This document shows positions 1 through 9,497 of a DNA stretch of 35,987 bases, piece after piece (position 1 is the first letter of the stretch; each line of letters opens with the position of its first letter). The translations under genes were made by a program, and so were the position numbers. The DNA comes from Klebsormidium nitens. Lineage: Eukaryota > Plantae > Klebsormidiophyceae. Below the pieces are notes generated by a model, which saw only the letters and a list, made by a program, of their open reading frames with translations, did no database searches and was not told the origin of the DNA. The DNA is taken from positions 1 through 35,987 of the forward strand of contig DF237706.1 of NCBI GenBank assembly GCA_000708835.1. Direction: 5' to 3'.

Positions 1-57
1 TTGTTGGAAAATATTACTGGGAAATTCCGTTCGGAATCATCACGTTGGACTACGGTA
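1..57. mobile_element. Right end of a MITE related to the 28138-28459 element (truncated by window edge)
   Basis: TTCGGAATCATCACGTTGGAC-TACGG|TA (30-57) aligns with the right TIR of the intact MITE, TTCGGAATCAT-ACCTTGGTCGTACGG|TA. GTTGGAAAATATTAC (3-17) resembles its internal GTGGAAAATAATAC. Confidence 0.65.
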
Positions 58-193
58 GTGCCAACTGGTAGCGTGCAGGACCGTGACATGTGGGATCGGT
101 GGGCCCATGGGCCGCTAGCTGCCCGATTTCCGGAGGTTCAAATCCTCCGCTACTGGGGGTGGGGAGCCCCCCACTCCTAGTTCTCCAGTTTTC
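53..193 (+). other. tRNA-like structure / Pol III B-box element of unknown nature (SINE head or tRNA pseudogene?)
   Basis: T-arm GGAGG-TTCAAAT-CCTCC (132-148) with a B-box match GGTTCAAATCC. 149-155 can pair with 53-59. A-box-like TAGTGCCAACTGG at 56-68, 9-bp hairpin at 156-177, TTTT at 190-193. No canonical anticodon arm. Confidence 0.3.
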
Positions 194-1013
194 AGAGTCG
201 TACCTACCTATATCGGAATTTTGGACATTTTCTTGAAGTCTCTACAATGCAAAAGCACCCCTTTCAGAGCCCAGGCGCTTCAGCATGAGCCGCTTTCCAA
301 TATGTGGGCGCAGTATAAAAGAGCAGACAAATCACCTGCCGCAAACCCCGCTATACAAGATTACCAGCGGAATATATCGTTCTACTACAAGCTGATGCCA
401 GCGCAATAAAATTCATGATTCATGCACTCCACAATCAAAATGAGAGCTCTCGAGAAAGCACTGCACTCATCTCACTTGAACTTTCATAAATCTTGATGCA
501 AAGGCTGCTAAGACGGCTTCTTTGCTCCTTTTAACAACGCTGCCGTCCGAGGACTTTGCTGCAAACGAGCTGCTCAATTGCTGATGGTGCGTTACTGGCC
601 GCCTGGTGGTGCGACATGTAAAAGGAGGGGTGTGGGTTTTGCTAAGATCAGGAAGGGCTTAGTTGCTGCTTTTGGGTTCAGAGTCTGGTGGAAGCTGCCA
701 TGCTCAATTGCGGAGAAACACCGTTGACATCCTTTCCGCAGACACACAATGCTGTGCGCCTAACGTCTTGATTGGCACTGATGGGGCTTTGGCCGCCAAT
801 TGAGCAAGACTCCTCCAACCTAGGAAATGAACGTCCAGCCCAGTAGTCAACGTCACTTGTTGTCGATGTGATCGCTTGGGGTAGGTGAACCTTCTCCTGC
901 AGACTTGGTTGAGACAGCTCCCCCAAATTGCCTCCCAGTTCATAGTGATCGCCCCACACCAGCTGTGTTTGGGGCAGCCTTGACAAACGTGGGGGAATTC
1001 GCATGGTGTTGCA

Positions 1014-4000
1014 ATGGCAGACCCAACCAAGGGTGTCTTTTACTCTCGGAGCTACCATCCAATCCAAGCGGGGTCGATTGACGGCACTGATACGGAGCCC
1101 CATGACAGAGCCATCTCACGCGCCCTTGTCGTGAAAGACCTGAAGCTATGTAGGTGATTATAATCTTCTTCTCTTCAAGCGTGTCCCTTAGATTTTGGTA
1201 TGTTTGTTACGTTTCAAAGGGTGGTTGACATTCCGTTCAGCTGTTGATCGCTGGGGATTTTCCATTCGCTTTAGAAAGTCAATGAATCCTAGTAACTGAA
1301 TGAGCGCTCGGAAGTAATTGTAAAACAAGTATCCCTCAAGTGCCAGGAGATCGATTTTGGAGGTCGTCTCTCTGCATATTATCGGTATTTTCAAACTCTC
1401 TCTTTGTCAATAGTGCTCAGTGTCAGACTCTCGCCTCTCCTCGCCTTTTCAGTCTTGCAACCTGTCACATTCAAAGGCAGCGGATGGTTCTTCCTGCGTT
1501 CAGTGACCTGTTCCGGCTCTGCCTTCTAGTATGCTAATGATAATCCTTGGCAATCGGAAGTTTCAGAAAGCCCATTCTCAAACACAAGAGGGCAGCTTGC
1601 ATTGCTGCCGTATAAGAATGAAAACTCGTATCTCTTGTGCAGACCACCCCGAGAAAGACGTGGCAGCTAACAAAGACCCCTTCTGCGTGATCTTTGTGGG
1701 CCGACTCGCAGAGAAGACGACTGAAACCACACTACATGAGGTGAGGCCTTATCATCAATGGATTCTCAAGTTGGCATCTTTGTCATTGTCTGTCTGGCCG
1801 ATTGTCTTGTGCAAAGGCAGTTCCATTCAATCACAGAAAATTTGGGGGATGATTTTTCAATTTGAAAGGCCTTGGGGGATGATCTTTCAATCTGAAAGTC
1901 CTTGCTACTATCAGGTCGAAGATAGCCAGCCTGAATGTGCTAAAAGCGGTTGCGGTGTTCTGTTTGAACTGGTTGAAGTGCCAATAACCACCCGCTTTGA
2001 TTGGCGTTTATCCAGTGGTACGGCTCTGCAATCACTTACGTGGCTTGTAGCCCGAAATAGAGTGTTGATGTCAGACAGGGCTGCAACGATGTTCTTTGCT
2101 CAATCCCGTGTGAAGTGAATGGAAAGCGACTGGAAATTCCATCTTTCAGGGCGGGTCTGAAAGGCTCAATTTATGACGTGGATCTTTGTCAGGCTATTGG
2201 TTGGGATCGTCGAGCTTCGACATGCCCGGATTGCACCCTGTCGACTCTTGTTGCCGAATTGGGATTGTAGGTCAATTTTCACCACTTCAAAATGAGGTCG
2301 TCTGTAGTCAGGTTATACATGAAGCTCACCGGTCATGCCATCTCGCCAACCTCACTGCCCGTTCACTGTCTGCCTCAGTCGCAAGCTGGATTATTGGATT
2401 GTAGCATTGTCATTATTTTCAATATTACTATTACGTGCTGAATCAAGCTTCTGTTCCCAGGTCGCCAGCCGATATGGGCGAGTGCGAAAGCTTCGAATCG
2501 TCCGACACATTGGTGAGTTTTTCACAGAACGAAGTTACTGACGTACCAGGCTTGATAAATCTGTTACAGAGCGGATGCTGGATTTCTAGGTACTGCCAAT
2601 CCCCTTCGAGTGCATTTCCTGACTTTTTTCCGGGTTGACGTCGAAGGACCCGGCAGAATTTGAGCTCAAATTCGCAAGGTCGACCCGTCTTTTTGAATTT
2701 GATCACAATGTCAGACGTGTTGGACGCTTGCTCCACTAATTGCCCTCACATAGATTCCAAAAGGTTTCTCGTCTGCTTTCCGAAGGCCTCAGTCTTTTAT
2801 CCCGACACATTCTTGACCACCTCTTATATCCCGGAACATTCTTGACCACCAATAAAGGACAGAACACACAGATAGTCTCGTGGTTTTGTAGCCGGCATTC
2901 TTAGCCCGCTGTGCTGCCACCTTCCAGTCGACAACAATTTGAAGCTCTATCGCCCTGTCGTCCAATTTCGACGCCGTTTTCCCTCTCCTGACCTCTAAAT
3001 CTACTTCCCGTAGGGGAATTATACCAGAAGCCAGTACAACGCGTTCTCCCACACCTCGGTTACGTGGTGTCTTTCCACTAACTGGACGCTGCGTTTTGCA
3101 GTCACCGGCGCTTCGAGGAGGTACGCCTTCGTGGAGTACGAGAGCGAAGAAGGGATGCGGCGCGCGTATCGGGTGAGGCAGGCGCGGCTGTGTTTTGAAC
3201 ACAGTTCTCGCAGTCCAAATTGCGACCGCCAATGTTGCCGCTAGCAGCCCCGTTGCTTGGTTCACGCAGCGGTTCCGATTGGTCCTCACTTCGTCGAGGC
3301 GCCTTCCTTTCGCCGGAAATTTCGCATCGAAGACATCCACTGGAATTTTTATCTGACTTCTGCATCAGCACTTCTGATAAATCCTACATTTGCCTGCCTC
3401 GAGCTCTTGAGAATCCCCCAAGTCAGCGTGGTCCATTCGATCTCTGCTGTAGGGATATGCGGAAACGTTTCCCCTTTGTGTGACCGCTGACGAGAGATCC
3501 CGTCATCTCGCAGCCGAGTTTTTCCTTACTTCACTTCCGTCATAGCACATACTTTGTTCCTCTTTAACAGAGGGGCGCTTAACCAAACGGTAATGTGCTT
3601 TCGATAACCGGAACGTCCTTCTGTGTTGCAGCGCATGCATCGAGAGGTGGTTGACGGGTCGCAGATCTTAGTAGACTACACCCGCCAGCAGCTCATGCCC
3701 GGTTGGATCCCCCGACGACTCGGTACGCACGCTCTCTGACTTCACCCTATCAGACGTTGAATTGGAAATGTCGACCTTTGGGTCAAGGAGCCCAACCGTA
3801 CCGCATGAAGCGTCTACCGGAAGCGTCAACGCGTGTACTTTCAGCTTTATGCGTGACCTTGACGGGCGAAGGAAAGCTCCCTCGAGAGTCTTCTCACCGT
3901 CCCAACACCGGTTTCGCCAGACAAGAGGACCAAGCAGGCAACTTGGAGTTTCCCACCAGTCGAACAGTCGGAATCCAACCAGTAATGCTGTGGTGATGGA

Positions 4001-5169
4001 CCTAGGATAAGCTGTTACATCGCAAGCTCTTAGTCACTGTAGATCATACCGTATCCTGGTGCCAAATCACAACTCACCCGCTTCGGACCTCCTAATCGTT
4101 TCTACCAACGATCCGTTTCTCAACCTTTATGAAGTAATCAACGAAAGATCTTGAGAAAAGCAGCCTGGTACGTCCAGCTCTCCAAGAATCTGGATAGCAA
4201 TCCATTCCAGGTCGTCAGTATCTGCTCCCATGCAGCGTCCGCGTTAAGGCGCTCCGCTAAGGTCAATGCTACTAATGCCACCCATATCAAGGGTTTCTGC
4301 TAACGACGACTATAAACCACGCCACCATTCTTTGCAGGCGGGGGCCTTAGCGGGTTCAAGGAGTCCGGGCAGCTGCGATTTGGCGGCCGCGACAAGCCGT
4401 TCCGCGCGCCACTGTGAATTACTCTCTCATCAGGCCTTCCAATCATGGATTCGCATCCGTGTATCAACGGCCATTTCTTCTTGCTTCTGCCCTCGGCTTC
4501 CGCAGTCTGCTTGTCTATCGACTTGTCTTTTTCGTCGACAGAATGCACGACGTTCAACCCGTCAAGCTTCATGTCACGCACCTTGACGAACAGGAGGCCC
4601 ATTTGGCTTTGGAGACCTGAGTGATCTCAAGGCGGTCTTTTGTTATCGAATATGGAGAAGAATCATTCTCGAAGTGCTTGTCGACCCCCCTATGGCATCA
4701 ATCTGGTCTTCTTACACAGGCGGCCTATCCCGAAGAAGCAGCTGAGCGAGCTTGGGATCGACCCGCCCCCCGAAGGACGGTACCTTTACCGCTCACAGGT
4801 GAGGTATCGAATGGGTTACAAAGCAGGCAAAGAGGCTGCTTTCTGGAAGATTGCCTCTTCGTCATGTCTTTGATTTCAAAGGTGCTCTTCCACGAACTTA
4901 GTGCACTTGTAAGCGTTTTTTTAAGACAAACTCTTTGCAGCGTGTACGACGTTGTTCTGTATGTTGTTCTCATCGATGGACCTCTGTATGTTGGTCTCAT
5001 CGATGGACCTTGGCCGAAGAAAATCTGCAGAAAGAGAGATAACCTTTGCTGTCCAGGCGGGTGAGTTGCCGTTCTAGATTTGAAAAGCTCCTGATCATCC
5101 CTTGACCTCTTGTCGCAGACCCCACCCCTACCGCACCGGACAGAGCGGCCGTCACTGCCGCAGGAGTAG
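1014..5169 (+). CDS. SNRNP35: U11/U12 small nuclear ribonucleoprotein 35 kDa protein (minor spliceosome, RRM), about 217 aa
   Basis: Exons 1014-1149, 1643-1740, 2461-2512, 3102-3172, 3632-3722, 4338-4413, 4720-4798, 5119-5169 (all GT-AG, phases consistent). Translation contains [79 protein letters not shown], the hallmark U11-35K motifs. Confidence 0.95.
1842..1898. repeat. Two-copy tandem duplication, 30-bp period (intronic)
   Basis: TTGGGGGATGATTTTTCAATTTGAAAG (1842-1868) and TTGGGGGATGATCTTTCAATCTGAAAG (1872-1898). Confidence 0.85.
2798..2850. repeat. Two-copy tandem duplication, 29-bp period (intronic)
   Basis: TATCCCGACACATTCTTGACCACC (2798-2821) and TATCCCGGAACATTCTTGACCACC (2827-2850). 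Confidence 0.8.
4957..5010. repeat. Two-copy tandem duplication, 27-bp period (intronic)
   Basis: CTGTATGTTGTTCTCATCGATGGACCT (4957-4983) and CTGTATGTTGGTCTCATCGATGGACCT (4984-5010), one mismatch. Confidence 0.9.
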
Positions 5170-6577
5170 TCCCTTCCATTTGCTACGGCCTAGATTGGCT
5201 GAAGACATCCACGGCCCTTTCCGGTGCACGAGCTTATGTTATGGTGAATTTAGGCGCAAGATTTGAGCACAGTCATTGAAAATCCGTGTAAAGCCTGGGC
5301 AGGTTTTGCCGGGGCCGATGATCTGGCTTTGACCTTGCATAAATGTCGCGAGTTGCCTAATGTTACTTCCCGGCTGCCACATATATCATGAGCGGACTCC
5401 GCCGTTGTTGCATTGCACCAATGCCAAACCGAGTCAAAGAGTGGGCAGCATGGCGAGCAATCGAGGCACACTCGTGAGTTGCAGTATACAATACGCGTTT
5501 TTTCACCTCGATTTCCTTTTGAAGGTATGACGCAGTGTAGCACTGCATGGACTCGACAACGACGGGCTGCTAATCGAGTCGATTGGAGCATGTATGCATG
5601 AATCAACAATCATCCATGACCACTTGCAATGGACAGGTAAAGGCGCAACCGTCGTGTTTCCCTGTGCGTATGCCAAGCTGCCTGCCAGATATATTTACTA
5701 GCATGCGGGGTCAACCAAGTTGAGAAGTTTCACGATCTTTGTTAATGGTGTCCGTACTCCAAAGAGACACGGCCCGCGCGCTTATAATACTTCGATCGAG
5801 TATACAGGTATTAGTATAGCTAGATCTGCCGCCCGGGTGGCGGCAAGCTACAGAGCTTTCGTACCGACGTGATTAAAAAGCTACTAAAGTGGCCTGAATC
5901 GGACATGCACATGCATGAGCTCTCTGTATATAAAGTCCGGAATAGAAGGACCAATATGTGCAGTGACGTTATAGATCGCCGGGGCATGCATCCATTGCAT
6001 CGAGTACTATACCGTATTAGAGCTGCACAATCATCCGAGTTTGGATGGCCGGGCCACTTAAAGCACGACCATGTGCATAAACGTATCATTGGGGTTCGGG
6101 GGCCCTCCGACATGTATCAAAACTACATGCAATGACGCCGGCTTCAATGGCGCATGCATGCAAATATCATGCAACTCTGAATTCAGTGTACCACAACACC
6201 TTTATGCAATGACCGCAGCATGTCAACTTGTCACCCTCAATAACAACTTTCGCAAGGCGCAAAACTAGCTCGGCGATTCACCAAGCACGAGTACATATCA
6301 ACCTGAACCCAAGCGACCATTGTCCAGCCATGCCCACAGGATTTCTTCATTTAATGCTGGGCACTATAAGAAGCCAACTGACGCTCTTTCTCTGTCCGAT
6401 CGACTAGCAGATCCATAGGAGATCCATAAACTCCAGATGGAGGTCTATTGCTAAGCGTGACTGGGGTAAATAAGCAAATTATAGCAGAACGGCGTCCCAA
6501 AATTTACCTGATGCGTAACCAAGGCCGCCTCAGTGTTATGACCAACCTATCTCAATGTCGATCTCTTGCTGTCCTCT

Positions 6578-9497
6578 CTAATAGGATGGGGGCACCCATT
6601 GCTCAATTGCATCCATCTTTTCAAAGCCTGCCCCAGATGCGTGGATGCCAGCTGAACCTGCATCATGCCTGAAGTCCTCTGCGTAGTCGCCCGACCGCCG
6701 CCGGTTCAACTTGTTGTCAAACACGCGGAACCACGCATAGTAGCCCCCTTTCAAAGCAACCAGGTTTGTGTAGCCGGCCTCGTCAAGCATTTCTAGTGCT
6801 GGCATGGAGTAGGTCTGACCATCCGAGCATGCAATTACCAGCTTGGCACTCTTGTTGGGGAACTTCTTCTCAAATTGCTTCATGAAGTCCTTGTTCTCCT
6901 CCTTTTGGACGACCTTCTTGTGCTCCGCCTTGGAGTAGACCCTCTTTGCGTTGTACAAGGGGACATTCACGGAGTTGACCACTTTGCCAACCTCCTGAAG
7001 CTCAAGGGCGGGACGCACATCCACATACGTATAACCACTCTCGTATAGCACCTGCCAACAGAACAGGAGTTAGGTTTCAGTAGTTGTTAGACGGGAGATC
7101 CTTCCTCCCACGACACGATGTCAAGTGGGACATAGCTGTTGAAGTGTGGATCAGAGTCCGATTGGCACTTAACTAGGCCGGTAAAGCTTGTCACCACTTC
7201 ACTGTAAGTATGGCTTCGTTGGGTTGTGAACAGCAGACCAGAAGAAGTGGTGACAAGCGCAGCGAAGTGGCAAAAGAATCCAGATGAAACTTGTACTTGT
7301 ACTTGATTTATTGAGAACATTGTGACAGCAGTTGGAAAGCAACAGCTGATTCAAAGACTGTTTGCAGGCTATATGTAGAGACACTTGTTACAATGGTCTT
7401 CAATGTCTATGATTGCCTGGTTTGCAGATTGGGATGTCTCAGGTGTGCTCTGCTCTTGCAGAAAGGCAATCCCCTCTACTGACAAGGTCTTGTAATGACC
7501 AGGATGTTTCCGACTTCGTCCATCTTAAGCGGTGTGGAAGAGATTCAAAAAAAAGAAGGGCAGTGACTTTACGGGATTGAAGTTTTCAACAAACGATTAC
7601 GGCTTTGCAGATGCAGCACATGGTGGCCTGAACAAGGAAGTAATTCGACCACCATCAAATGCTGCTGCCAGAGAACCATGCGCTACCCTTGGCATGCAAC
7701 AGCAGCCAGTCATAGGCTGACGTGTTCACCACCAGCTCAATTGTGTCCAGCTGGTCTTGCAGTAAGAAGGTATCCATCTTAAAGATACCCGGGCACTTCA
7801 CATTTGTGTTCTCAAATTTGCATACTTGATATCTCTTGAGAATGACATAATCCTTGCATTATTCCGAGCTGATGATGTTCTTACCGTCAAGTACTCAGAT
7901 TCTCTCCAATCTCTCCAGAAAGGAAGGTAAATTCACTCCCCTCAAGTGCGAAGACAAAGAGAGGTAGGAACAGTTATTTTGGTGAGCTCAAACAAGGACT
8001 GCTGGAAAGTGGTGCAGGAAAAGCGGTGGTGCTCACTCTGGCCTCCTCCACATCCGCAATCATCTTCTCTGGGAATGCCTCCAAGGTCTCCTCAACGAAC
8101 TTTTTATACGGCCACTCCCGGATGTCGAGCTCAGCCAACTCCTCATTGGGATCATACTCGTGCCATTCATAAGCTCTGACACCAAACTTTGATGGCGCCT
8201 TCCGCTGGTTGCGAGAAGCAGCGGGGGCGACATGTGGCAAAAGAGAGCGGCCTGTGAAAGCTGACCTGCAGAAGAACCAAAAAAAGAATTGCTGATGTAT
8301 GACTCCACCTTGAACTGCACGCTTAGTGCATTCATTGATATTGTGTACCTATGTCTTCCACTCTTTTCGAAATGATGATACATGCCAAGAAATCTCTTTA
8401 TACCCCAATGTGAAGATGCAAAACGTATTCCCTGATGTTCGCGGAGTTGCCCTCAGGGTAAAGGATGTACTTGACTTTTGGTGACAGCCTTATACCTCAG
8501 AAAAGGTCATGTTTCCAGAGCTCGGCATTGTGCAAGGTATGTTGTATGAGATGATAGCTTTACCGTGACTATAGATTTGCACAGTAACCTGTTGGCCCCA
8601 GCAATATGATCAACGGAGATGTTTGACCACAATGCAAGACAATATCCACACAAACTGTTTCAAAGTTGGTCTCATCTATCAGCATTGCTAGAAGATCCAA
8701 TGTGGGTGAAGCAGCACCCCGAGAAAGATATGGATCCTCCAAATAATGCTGCAGAAGGAGATTGCAATGACGAATGTGTGCCACATTTGTTGGCATCAAC
8801 AACCATGAAAGTAAGAATCACTGTTTGGAAAAATATTTAGGGTTTCGCTAAAGTCAGCTGTTTTTGCACATTCGCGTCTGCACATTCGTGTCTTGACATT
8901 TGTTTACCTTAGATCTGACTAGTGTCTTTCCTCTTGGCGGAATGATAAAAGACATGGTCAAAGGGAGATGAAAGAAAGCCATGGAGGTATCATATTGACA
9001 AGATCTGAGAAAATAGAAAGGACTAGAGCTCGGTCACTCAGCAGGTGCAGGTCACTTTCTTGCCAGGTGCAAATGCATATGTCAGCAACGTAGAGAGTGG
9101 TTACTCATGTGCTCAGATCCCTCATATGGAGAAGATGTTCAACAGTACACCGACACACATTCGCAAGCCTCGTGTGCAGACGTTGACATCAAGTTCCAAA
9201 ACAAGAATGATAGTTACTAGAACAAGTCTGTCAAACCCAGTTTTTGCCATCGCCTCTTCAAGGATGCAACAGTATCACTGCCTTCCAACGACCAACATGA
9301 TAATGTATGTATCTCTCACCAAGAAAAAGAATCAAGCAAAAACAGGAAAGGCTTGCAAGACTCTGTGCATACCTAGCCTCAAGCCGCCGCAGGGGAAGCG
9401 CCGTGGCGCTGACGCCGCCTCTTCCGCTCACACCAGCGGACACTGCCAAGCTCGCAGCGGAGCTCGCAGCAGCCACGGCATTGACAGCAGACGCCAT
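6578..9497 (-). CDS. Rhodanese-like domain protein, probably plastid-targeted, about 275 aa
   Basis: Exons (minus) 9497-9373, 8265-8037, 7051-6578 with consistent phases. Ala/Ser-rich N-terminus MASAVNAVAAASS resembles a transit peptide. Rhodanese motifs YTYVDVRPALE, SVNVP, LVIACSDG, AGYTNLVALKGGYYAW. Confidence 0.9.
7586..7918 (-). pseudogene. Possible decayed fucosyltransferase-like (O-FucT/GT11-type C-terminal) fragment in rhodanese intron 2
   Basis: One minus frame with internal stops reads ...KCPGIFKMDTFLLQDQLDTIELVVNTSAYDWLLLHAKGSAWFSGSSI*WWSNYF. This resembles FP..K..LL..EEL...AxxDxxV and D..L......SSFSWW motifs. Motif recall only. Confidence 0.3.

Noticed and set aside
53-156. Canonical or intron-containing tRNA (Tyr/His/Sec) call
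   Set aside because: No proper D stem or anticodon stem with U33, no TCA anticodon for Sec, and the 5' strand overlaps the MITE end. Kept only as a tRNA-like element.
1188-1394. Intronic antisense ORFs in SNRNP35 (1188-1394, 2789-3340, 4300-4602)
   Set aside because: Somewhat protein-like, but no recognisable family, splice structure or mutual continuity.
4051-4058. GTATCCTG as a U11-binding enhancer (USSE) or U12 donor
   Set aside because: Single imperfect copy (USSEs are tandem GTATCCTT-like repeats), and the gene model needs no U12 intron.
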